From Paraspadella gotoi (Eukaryota > Animalia > Chaetognatha), in NCBI GenBank assembly GCA_051294375.1, contig CM119266.1, positions 1,865,554 through 1,929,553 on the forward strand: a DNA stretch of 64,000 nt, written 5' to 3'. Positions 52,716 to 64,000 of this stretch are shown piece by piece; position 1 is the first letter of the stretch; each line of letters begins with the position of its first letter. The notes under the pieces were generated by a model. It saw nothing but the letters and a program-made list of their open reading frames with translations. It had not been told where the DNA came from and did not search any database. The position numbers were made by a program, and so were the translations under genes.

Positions 52716-53125
52716 CCAACGTTCTCTTTTCTCAATTTTACGATCGCTCGGGTCGCTCGTGACAAGCGGGTCTTGTCACGACGTGTCACGCGCCATGCGG
52801 TTCCCGCCCCTGCCCAAGGAAAGAGATGTCCTGCCCAATTTTGGCGTCCATCTGACCAATGAGAGATTGATTGATTGATTGATTGTTTGATCAATTCAAT
52901 CACAATAGTTCTCTCTCTCAGTCACTATTTCTCATAAGCCTTGCCCACCATGTCCCGTCTTTTCATTAACGCTTATTCTCCAGCCCGTCCGGCCATTATT
53001 TACCATGTCTGTCAGCGCGTGGCCATGCGGAAATCCCTCTCTGGTCGGTCACTTGTTTATGTCCGTCTCGACCAAGAGGAAAAAACGGGGCGATGGAGTT
53101 GGGACCGGTTGGGTGGCTGGGGAAA

Positions 53126-53232
<107 letters not shown>

Positions 53233-55344
53233 AAGGGGGGTGGATGTGACACAGACCGAACGTGTCAAATCCGTGATTCGCCGATGGGCGTGCCCCGGTG
53301 ATGTAGGCGCATGGGATGGTGGTAGTATAACGATGATTCCGTTTTTTATTAAACAAATTTGAAATAAATTTAATTTAATCGAGTCATCAAATTGCTATGA
53401 CATCGAATCACTGCTTGATTTGCCAATAATAAAAGTATAACATAAATTAACAAATATGATTCATAGTGATTGAACTTTGACAAATTTGATGAGAAAAATG
53501 AGAAATTTGACTGAAGATGAAAACGTGAATCAGGATCGAGGTTTATATTCCGTTGCTCTTAGTGATTCACTGTCAAGGCGAATGTCACAATTCATTGTCC
53601 TCGATTGGCTGCCTCAGAGCTTTGCCTTTGCGGGACAAACATTTATAATGTAAACACTTATCAGCAGANNNNNNNNNNCTTCTGAAAAGCTTAGTGATGA
53701 TATTTGGTGAAGTGGCGCCATCCCTCGGCGCGAGTTTGAACTTGATTGATGATTTCGCTTTATCGCCGCCTCCTTTCCTCCCTTTTTCCTCTCTAACCTT
53801 TCCTTTCCTTTTCCTCCGCCCCTTCCTCTTTCTTTTTCTTTCCTCCTCCTCCTCTTCCTTACTCGACACGTGATCAAACGCTCTCCGCTCTGCCGCCACA
53901 GACGCGCGAAATCGAGAGAGCGAGAGAGAGAGAGAGANNNNNNNNNNAGAAACCTCGTATCAGCGCAGCGTCCGGGAGCAGCAGCGCGGCGGCCGAGCGG
54001 CTTCTCCCTACCTTCGACTTACTTCGCTCGGCTCTTCTTACTCCTCTTCCTCTTCCTTCTCCTTATCTCCCGGATCCGCGCGACTGCAAAGTCGATCCGG
54101 TCTGAGCCGCAGTGGATAACTTACTCTTTTCTCTCTCTCTTACCCTCGTCACCGCCGAGTCTCTTCTCTCTGTCTCCGAGCGGATCGATTATGGGTTCGG
54201 TAGTCTTTTTTTGATATAATATTATATTATTAATAATAATAATAATAATAATAATTATAATATTAATATTACATTATTGTAGGGTTATTTCACTATGTAG
54301 AAAGAAAGAAAGAAAAAAAAGAAATAAAGAAAGAAAAAACGAAAGAAAGAAAGAAAAAACGAGAGAAAGAAAGAAAGAAAAAAGAATGAAAAAAAATATT
54401 AAAAAATTGAGACAACAAAATAAATAAATAAATAAATAATAAATAATTTTAAGATTTTGAGCTAAAAATAATAATATTACTAAAAAAGATATAAATCTAA
54501 CAATAATGATTAAATATGCTGAAAACAATTGAAAATATGATAATGAGAAAAATGATCACAAATAAGATTTTATATATATAATTTCAATTTTTGTTACGCG
54601 AGGACATATGAAGAGTAAATAGTAGCAAGAATTTTAAAATCAAGTAGAATCAAAATTATAAGCTCTACAAAGTGGTATATACTTTATATTTTTTTAATGC
54701 CTAGCGAAATTTGTTGAGAAATTAAAGAGAGATTTTTGATTTGAATAGGTTCTATTGCACCTGGAATGTACAGACACTCCTTAAAGAGAGAGGGAATGAC
54801 AAAATAATACATTATTAATAGAATTAATAGAAAAAAAAAGATAGAAATAGAGAGTGTGACAGCAAGAGAGTAAGAGAGAGAGAGAGAGAGAGATAGAGAT
54901 CCGGCCCCGATCCGCTCGGACTTCGACCGGAAGAAGCCCGACTCACCATCGAGAGAGAGAAAATCTCCCCGATCCGAGCGGAAGAAGCCCGGAAGGAGAA
55001 GTGAGTCGCTCGGCAGCCGCGCGCCGCTGCTCCGGTGGACGGCTGCGTCCGGGAGAGCTGAGTATATGACTCCCCTGCCAGAGATAATCACTCCCTCGAA
55101 ATGGCTTTTGTCTTCTGCAGTCATTTCGAAACTGCGACGAAGCATCACCAACGAACATTCTTGTGAATATATCATTTAACATCTTTTTTTTAAAAATATA
55201 TACTTCTATTATTTAAAAGATATTTTTGCTATGAATGTTTTAAAAACATGTACTTTTTTTCATCTTAAATGCAATGTTAATTTACTCGAAGATCTAAGTA
55301 TCATATTATATAATATATACCACAATATATGTTTTACTTAAATA

Positions 55345-55424
55345 TGTAGTCGGGCATTGCCTAGGTTCACCCCGCCTCGAAGCATATCACTTTCAGTTGT
55401 GAACCTAGGCAATTCCCGACTACA
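55345..55424. repeat. 80-bp hairpin (26-bp arms, one mismatch); mini-MITE or hairpin RNA
   Basis: TGTAGTCGGGCATTGCCTAGGTTCAC (55345-55370) versus GTGAACCTAGGCAATTCCCGACTACA (55399-55424), 28-nt loop. Confidence 0.85.
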
Positions 55425-58400
55425 AATATAATATTAGAAATCTCTTAATTTTATTTGAAACATTGATATTTGAAATAAAGAAAAGTATTGATCACTCTCC
55501 GCTGTNNNNNNNNNNAATTTTCGTTTAAATAATGTTAATATGTTCACATAAACATACGTTCCAGGTTAACATATCCCTTTACCCAGATAAATGAATTTCA
55601 CTTTAATAGATTAAGGTTAAATTCATTTCAAAGATTCTTTGTAATCTCACTCTCGATACATTCACTCTTTCTGTTTTCACCCTCCGATTTTTTTTAATCC
55701 GTCAATAATCTTAGGCTCGGTATGGCCCACACTGCCATTCTAATAAATTCATATTTAATTATTATTCGCTTATTTAGTGTTTACTCTTAACATAGTCCTT
55801 ATTTTAAAAACATATTTGAAATCTCAGTTTCACTGCAGTTTCAAATCAGACAGAAACGAAATCTTGCTATCGATAACCGCAAAGTTCAATTTGACTTTTC
55901 TTCACATTCATAGTTCACCTTTTCTTTTTAATCAAACTCGCCTCTCTATTTCACATCGTCCGCGATTCACTTCCTCTCAATTTCACTTTTTAGTTCACTA
56001 CCTTCTTTATTTCACCCAATCCTCGATTCACTTCCTCTCTTTTTCACCTCTCAGTTCACTAGCCTCTCTATTTCACCCAATCCTAAATTCACCTCCTCTC
56101 TATTTCACCCCCGACGATTCACGCTTTTCGCGCTCACAAAAGGAAGGCCTTTTGTTATTCCCCATTTTTCACTGCGCGTCTTATTTGATTAGTCGCCGTC
56201 TGACGGTGGCGCCTCTGCCGAGAGAGAGAGAGAGAGAGNNNNNNNNNNNNNNNNNNNNNNNNNNNNNNNNNNNNNNNNNNNNNNNNNNNNNNNNNNNNNN
56301 NNNNNNNNNNNNNNNNNNNNNNNNNNNNNNNNNNNNNNNNNNNNNNNNNNNNNNNNNNNNNNNNNNNNNNNNNNNNNNNNNNNNNNNNNNNNNNNNNNNN
56401 NNNNNNNNNNNNNNNNNNNNNNNTTCCGCAAGTAACGCTGCCGACAAAAGAGAGAGAGCGAGGGAAAGAGAGATAGAAAGAAAGAGAAAGAGAAAGAGAG
56501 AGAGAGAGAGGGAAAATTTTTCATTATTTTATTAATTTTTTTTCCCGGAAGAAGGCAGAACCGCGAACATATAAGTTTTTCTGTGATATATGGCGGCGCG
56601 CGATTTATCAAATTTATTAAATCTCTCTCTCTCTCTCTCTCTNNNNNNNNNNNNNNNNNNNNNNNNNNNNNNNNNNNNNNNNNNNNNNNNNNNNNNNNNN
56701 NNNNNNNNNNNNNNNNNNNNNNNNNNNNNNNNNNNNNNNNNNNNNNNNNNNNNNNNNNNNNNNNNNNNNNNNNNNNNNNNNNNNNNNNNNNNNNNNNNNN
56801 NNNNNNNNNNNNNNNNNNNNNNNNNNNNNNNNNNNNNNNNNNNNNNNNNNNNNNNNNNNNNNNNNNNNNNNNNNNNNNNNNNNNNNNNNNNNNNNNNNNN
56901 NNNNNNNNNNNNNNNNNNNNNNNNNNNNNNNNNNNNNNNNNNNNNNNNNNNNNNNNNNNNNNNNNNNNNNNNNNNNNNNNNNNNNNNNNNNNNNNNNNNN
57001 NNNNNNNNNNNNNNNNNNNNNNNNNNNNNNNNNNNNNNNNNNNNNNNNNNNNNNNNNNNNNNNNNNNNNNNNNNNNNNNNNNNNNNNNNNNNNNNNNNNN
57101 NNNNNNNNNNNNNNNNNNNNNNNNNNNNNNNNNNNNNNNNNNNNNNNNNAAATAAACATAAGATAGATGTTTTTTCTAATTTTTTTGTGGTTTCACGTTT
57201 CCAACAAATTTCTGTGAATATCGCTACGGGCACAACTTACAAGATTCTTTATGAAGAGACATCTGTCGCGAGAAATCTAAAACGAGTAAATATAAAAAAA
57301 ACAACAAAAGTGACCTTCCACGTGACTCGAAAGCTCAGTTAATAATTAAAATTTATAAATAAAAATCGATTTTCGCTAAGGCATATTCGAAGGAAATCCA
57401 ATTAGTCGCTTAGAATTGGAACTGATTACATTTGCATTTAACCGGGAGCCTTAAATAGGACAAAAAAAAAGGAAGAATAATACTTCATCTTTTTGCAAAA
57501 TTCCGGTACTAAAAATACGCGATTCGACGTTTGAATTTATTGTAGAAAGATTTTGTTTCGGGTTGAAGGTCGAATTCAAGGTTAAGAGTCGAGTCGATGG
57601 CAAATATTTGGATTTAAAAAAAATATTTGGTGGTTTGAGCTTTAAATCAAATGTTGACAGATGAATAGAATAAAATGAGAAGTAAGAATGGAAAGTAATT
57701 TTCATATTAAGTATTAAACCATTAAAGTTTGTTTGTACATAAAAACGCTTAATATGAAGGTAGAAATTATTGAGAAACAACTTGAGATTTGAGTGTTGAA
57801 TTAAATTTAGTTACGTTTGAAAATGAACTGATTGATAATAAGAATAAAATTACCTTGGATTAATACAAAGTTAGAAAGAAAGAAAAAAGAGAAAAGAATA
57901 GAATGAAAAACAAACTAAACACAAAAAGTAGGTAATAAAAGGTGTACAGGTTGAAGAAGGTAAAAAAGTATGAAAGAAAAACAAAGAGAGATAGAAACGC
58001 CAGTCATAAAAATATAAAATGAAGAGAAACGACCGTCTTAGTATCCTTGTATCTCCGTTGATGAGTTTCTGTGAGAAGTAAAGGAATACCGACCGTGGTC
58101 GTCTTCAACGTCCTCCTGGTTGGAATCGTTGTCGTCTTTCCTCGTCTTTTCTTCGCCGTCGGCAAGTCATGTTTTGTCGATAGCCTCGCTTTGAGACCTC
58201 ATTGGTTCCGTTATCTCCGTTTTATCGCTCAGCGTTGATGCGTTCTTTTGTTTGTAAAAAAAAATACAAGCGTTTGTTTACAATTGAGTCGATGTGCCGA
58301 AGGCCGATTCGGTTTTTCGTTCTTTGATGCGGGAGTCTCAAGATTTACTATGGTTTCTTTTCTAGTTGCTGCGATAGGCCAAAAAAACTATTTAAGTATG

Positions 58401-58557
58401 AACTGCATCAGAAATACGTATGAATTATTTTGAATAAAGTTCTATTTTAATTTTAACATCTTAGATTATTTTTTAGCTCAACGATGACAACGACGAAAAG
58501 AAACTCGGGTGATACAACCTCTCTCTCTTACTCTACTCTCAAAAAGCGCCCAGGTGC

Positions 58558-58590
<33 letters not shown>

Positions 58591-59127
58591 NNNNNNNNNN
58601 NNNNNNNNNNNNNNNNNNNNNNNNNNNNNNNNNNNNNNNNNNNNNNNNNNNNNNNNNNNNNNNNNNNNNNNNNNNNNNNNNNNNNNNNNNNNNNNNNNNN
58701 NNNNNNNNNNNNNNNNNNNNNNNNNNNNNNNNNNNNNNNNNNNNNNNNNNNNNNNNNNNNNNNNNNNNNNNNNNNNNTCTCTCTCTCTCTCTCTCTCTCT
58801 CTCACTTTTTTTCAACCCCTCCGTCGGGATTGTTCATCTTCGTTTTGTTGATGCCTACTTTGTTGTCGTCGTTGTTGTTTTTGTTGTCGTTGTTATCGAT
58901 GTCTTTTTTTTCACTTTTCTTCTTCACGTGAGGATTTCACTTCGCATCACTTCACGAACTCATTTGCATAGAGTTCGAAGAGCGAGTTGTTCTTTTTTTT
59001 TATTCCCAAATAGATTTTAAAATTTTTCGTTTTCGCGATCGAAAATCGATGAGAGAGCGAACACGTGAGTCACGACTCACAAGGATTCTTTGCTAAAATT
59101 CCTTTCTTCAAATTCGTCATCTGAGAC

Positions 59128-59128
<1 letters not shown>

Positions 59129-59194
<66 letters not shown>
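59129..59194. repeat. (GAC)n microsatellite followed by a 31-bp tandem duplication (about 59202-59265)
   Basis: Perfect GAC run; GTTATCAGAATTAGATCGACGTCATC(C)TTAAA occurs twice. Confidence 0.95.
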
Positions 59195-60025
59195 AATGTC
59201 TGTTATCAGAATTAGATCGACGTCATCTTAAAGTTATCAGAATTAGATCGACGTCATCCTTAAAGTCGTGAAGGATCGAGATTCGAAGCGACGACGCAAA
59301 ATCGCTTGAACGGGAAGATTTTAAGCTTAAGTCACGACAACGTCAAAATCAACGACGACGAAACCAAGTCACAGATTACGTCACCGACCACTTTTTTTTT
59401 CACTTCTTCGACGCGACATCAGGTTTTTTCTTTATTGTCCCTCGTTCCTTCCTCATCTCCATCTCATCCGACGACGAAAACGACGACGACCGAGAAAGCG
59501 ATCGACAACGCTGCTCAGTGCTGCTGCTGCTGCTGCTCAGTGCTCACCTGTTTCAAATTACAAAAGCTTGAGAAAATACTAATTGTAAAAAAAAAACAAA
59601 AAAAAAAACCCGAATTTAACATCACGGTTTCAATTTAGCTTGCTCATTCCCGTGCTTTGAGAGCTGAACCTCAAAGTACAAACCAAAGTTTTGTTAATAT
59701 TCTTCTTTTGTTATAAAATATTCAAAAATAATATGCATCTGGTGCAGTTTTGTTATTAATGAGGCGACTTACCTACTAGATGGAGAGATAAAAGTTAAAC
59801 TCAGTTAAAGTTAAGCTCAGTTGAGAAACTTTTAACTTAAATCTTTTGAATTGTGTTTTGACTGTGTAGGACATTTTGGTCGTAACAAAGCCAATGAAAA
59901 TATCTAATCTCCAGGTGCAAGTCCAATTAAAAGTATAAAGAAGAGCTACGACGACGACGACGACGACGACGATCACGCCTTCGTCCAAAAAAACACTTTG
60001 GTTTTTCGAACCGCAAATAGCCGTC

Positions 60026-60061
<36 letters not shown>

Positions 60062-62742
60062 NNNNNNNNNNNNNNNNNNNNNNNNNNNNNNNNNNNNNNN
60101 NNNNNNNNNNNNNNNNNNNNNNNNNNNNNNNNNNNNNNNNNNNNNNNNNNNNNNNNNNNNNNNNNNNNNNNNNNNNNNNNNNNNNNNNNNNNNNNNNNNN
60201 NNNNNCCTAAGGTCAGGTCTTTGTTTTCCCCTCCGTTTTATTGACAAATATGAGTTTCACCTTTGATGGATGAGGTTTGGTTCCGACGGTGCCGCAGAGA
60301 GGTTGGCGAGGTGAGCGTGGNNNNNNNNNNNNNNNNNNNNNNNNNNNNNNNNNNNNNNNNNNNNNNNNNNNNNNNNNNNNNNNNNNNNNNNNNNNNNNNN
60401 NNNNNNNNNNNNNNNNNNNNNNNNNNNNNNNNNNNNNNNNNNNNNNNNNNNNNNNNNNNNNNNNNNNNNNNNNNNNNNNNNNNNNNNNNNNNNNNNNNNN
60501 NNNNNNNNNNNNNNNNNNNNNNNNNNNNNNNNNNNNNNNNNNNNNNNNNNNNNNNNNNNNNNNNNNNNNNNNNNNNNNNNNNNNNNNNNNNNNNNNNNNN
60601 NNNNNNNNGAGAGAGAGGGCCATTCCGTGAAACGGCCGATAACAACGTAAAGATTCTCTCGCGTTTAGCGAATATAAACCGTTTGCGAAAAGATTGCACA
60701 GTGGGATACGGTTATGGCGAAACTCGGAAGAGACACTGTGTTTTATGGTTAAAGAGTCTAGCGAATAGACTTTTTGTATTGAAATAATCAATAATAAAAA
60801 TTGATATATACTATGAAAACGTTTAACGATTTGAGGTAACGCGTCCAACTTAAATGCCGAATCTGCAAAAGCTTTAATCTATTATTGCCCCATTCATCGA
60901 CTCTTTGTCTTATCGCCTCCCATTGCCTCCCATTTAATGCTTCAATGTTTTACTGCCGCTGATATTTTAGCATCAAAGGAGCGGCCATTGTTGATGGCAA
61001 TCGGCGATGAAATCATTGATGACAGAAGACCCAAAAGCTTTAAAGAAACTTGGATCGATCCAGTGATGATTATGGCATGTTTGGCTTTTTTTTTGTGGTT
61101 AGGTCTTGGGATTAAAAATATGCTTTTCTCCTCATTTTTTGCTCTGATTTTAATTTCTTTCTTTCATTTCCTTCTTTTTTTTTTTAAAGAAATATTGTCT
61201 CATCATTGGGCCATAACTGCGTCATTATTGTACCATTGTCTATGCCACATTAAACCGCTAATAAAAAAAATATTTCTTTTTTTATACTTTATACTCTCTA
61301 CTTACTAACATTTTTTCGTACAAAGTTATTTATTTTTAGTCGGATTTTTTATTATTTAGTTATTTTTCATTGGCTTTTTATATTTTTCAGACTTTAGTTT
61401 TCTTATATTAATCAAGCCCTCGATCATAAAATCGGCATTTATTTTTGGGCCATCAAAATTATTATCAATCTTTATCACCCAATTACCACCGAGTTAAAGT
61501 TAAAGTTCTTTTGTCTCATTCTAATCTTATTTTAACTTGAATTTCTAATTACTATCTATTCTATTCTCAACTACACTATAACCAATCAACCAATGACTTT
61601 AAATCAGTTTAAATTTTTAACCAATCACCGGCCTTTTCGCTTTCCCTCCCCCGATCAGACATCAAGACTGAGTAGAGAATCGTGAGGTCGAATGGGAATC
61701 GACCTTTGACTCGGGAGCCAATCGCCTCGTTTCTCGACTTCCGGTCGCTTAATTTCATCCAATCGGAGAGCTTGAAAAATTGTTTGCGTCCCTTTGTGGA
61801 TTTTACAAAGAGTTTTGATCGTAAAATTTTCGCTTTAATAATAAATTTCTGTTTCTTTTTCCTCGCAGTCTTTTAAAATTTTGGTAGGTAATTTTTTTAC
61901 TATTGACTTTTTTCAACTCGACGTTTGAAAATGGCGCAGCAACTACAATGACGAGATCCTCACAAGAGATCGATTTAGCACAATAAATTCTGTAAACCGT
62001 TGAAGAGCTCACAAAGTAGATTGCGTCAATATAGTTTTGCTATACATTAGACCAATCAGAAATCTAACTTATATTGCCTCTTTGACCAATCACATTCGAA
62101 GTTTCATTTCGAAATCGTCCAGAGAGAAGGGCCGAGGCCGCCGTGGGGTCAGAAGTCAAAAAAGTCAGAAAAATCACCTAAGTCTTTCTGCTGTGTGTGT
62201 TAATGAGAAAAAAGTCTTATTAGATTCTGTTTTTTTTTTCTCTCTCTCTTTGCTTCAATTCTGTACATTCATTATTCAAAATACATTGTAATCCAGAAGT
62301 AACTGCGTCGTAGGCTTGTAGTCTTTTAATAAGCAGCCTAACAATTTCAGAGAGTAAGTTTTCTTGATTCGTTGTATTTCTCCTGCATTGCAATTTTCAC
62401 TCCATCTTTCTTATTCGGCCTTTTTCCCCCAAAATCCCCATTTTATCGGAAATAAATTAGTTTTTACATTTAAAGATTAACCTAGTAGTAGGGGTTATTA
62501 TTATGGTTTAGGTTAGTAAAATAGGTTAGGAAATGAGTAAATGAATTATGGTTAGGGTCAGTAATTAAATTTAGGGATTAGGATTACGGACTCAGGTTTA
62601 GATTAGGGGTTATGGTTAAGAATTGTGATAGGGTTAGAGATTAGGAATATGGGTTTGGTATCAGATTAGGATTCAAGGAAAAGAGAACTAAAAGTTTTTA
62701 TTCTACGCTTTCTCTCCATCCTTTGTATCAAAACTAGTTTTA

Positions 62743-63120
62743 CAGGGTAGTGATTCAAAACTTAGAAAGTCCGTATCACTTCATCTTTTTTTTATTTTGT
62801 GATGCATTGGGTGCATTTAAAGAAAAAAAATTAATTGAAGATACTTAACCAGACCTTGTTCTAACTATTAATACAATGCGACAAGCACTGCTGCAAAAAC
62901 CACTCCTGCTACAGCACCCAAAAGAATCACAGCTGATCTTCATAAACGCTTCTGAAAGATTGAGCCACAGCTCGTAACGGTTTAGCCTACGCCATTGATA
63001 TTTTGGTTGAAAGAGAAAACATCAGTGATTATTTTAGTGTATTATAAAAAGACATTCAATAACTTCTTGCCTATAAAATCTGATGGTAAATACTATTCTA
63101 AGTTTTGATTCACTACCCTG
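62743..63120. mobile_element. Tc1/mariner-type MITE (378 bp)
   Basis: 25-bp TIRs CAGGGTAGTGATTCAAAACTTAGAA (62743-62767) and TTCTAAGTTTTGATTCACTACCCTG (63096-63120) with one mismatch, TA on both sides (62741-62742, 63121-63122), no transposase ORF. Confidence 0.85.
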
Positions 63121-63480
63121 TAGATAAAAATCTTGCACAAGTGAATTGAACAACTTTTTTGTATCTTTAACGAGTCAATATATTCTGACTAACATTTCCG
63201 TCATCATAATTTTAAAATTCCCTTCAAAGAAAATACAAATATAAATATGAAAAAAAAACCCTAACGTTTATTTGCAGCTACGATACAATTAGAAAGATTC
63301 AAATACTAAAAAGTAATCATATTCCCAAAAGACTTGAATGTGTCCAAAACTAATGGCGCCATTATATTAATTCATATTTAAGCGCATAAAATATAGTTTT
63401 TTTATATATATATCAAAAATCCCATTTATATAAATATAAGTCTTGTATTTTTTAAAGCTTGGCCGGAGATTTTATGCTTT

Positions 63481-63552
63481 TCATCCTTTGATGAGACCCA
63501 ATTTAAGAAGAATCTGAACAACGAGTAGAATGGCGAGGACGATGATGGCCAC
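63481..63552 (-). CDS. Terminal exon of the same gene (VAIIVLAILLVVQILLKLGLIKG*)
   Basis: Minus-strand TTTCAG|GTG acceptor in phase 0, hydrophobic helix, TGA at 63481-63483. Confidence 0.78.
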   Translation of the reverse strand: MAIIVLAILLVVQILLKLGLIKG

Positions 63553-63850
63553 CTGAAATTGGAAATTGGAAATTAGTTATCATATGCGTACTTAATGGTA
63601 AAAAACGTTATAAAACTTCATATCGTTATTACTATGGTTATTTTAATATCCTTTTTGTCTCCATTGATTTCGCTGTAAATAACTGTACAAATAGATGCCT
63701 TGAAGTTGAAACGTGTCAACTTACTCTAACCTCATTCGAAATTAGCCAATCCGGCAAAGATATTGTTTCCGAATCGAAGCGGAGAGCAATTCAAAATATA
63801 TTTTGAGCTAACTCAATCGTAACTAAGCTAAAGCTCCCTCACCAGCTTAC

Positions 63851-63949
63851 CATTGCGAAATTTCCTGCGCTAAAGAATTTCGTTCTGACAGCGACGAGGA
63901 CAACCGCGATTATGATGAGGATAGCGCATAGGAACAACATTCCCAGGAA
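63851..63949 (-). CDS. Penultimate exon of a membrane-protein gene continuing beyond the window (FLGMLFLCAILIIIAVVLVAVRTKFFSAGNFAM)
   Basis: Minus-strand TTACAG| acceptor and |GTAAGC donor; 99 nt, phase 0/0, stop-free, one TM helix. Confidence 0.8.
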
Positions 63950-64000
63950 CTGTAAAGATAAAATTATATTGACTTTATATATGAATAATATGTTTTAAAA

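Noticed and set aside
58085-58240. Coding-like block (hydrophobic on +, acidic on -)
   Set aside because: No consistent splice pair or partner exon, and the strand is ambiguous.

Overview
Eukaryotic, probably animal, draft-genome scaffold; the organism cannot be identified from the sequence. It is AT-rich, full of (GA)n/(CT)n and (GAC)n microsatellites and minisatellites, has many N gaps, and contains stretches that look like unpolished, indel-rich long-read gap fill. Almost all ORFs in the supplied track are artefacts of simple repeats or N runs. By hand-splicing I recover one complete 8-exon gene on the + strand (45617-48763, 1359 nt, 452 aa). It encodes three N-terminal hydrophobic helices, a long Cys-rich region and two C-terminal EGF-like domains, an architecture I do not recognise. 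An indel-riddled copy of most of this locus lies just upstream (about 38600-43807), joined by a 25-N gap, and is most likely an assembly artefact. Also present: the last two exons of a minus-strand membrane-protein gene running off the right edge, a TA-flanked Tc1/mariner-type MITE, a tRNA-derived SINE, several inverted-repeat elements and a few low-confidence orphan exons. There is no CRISPR array, rRNA or intact transposase.
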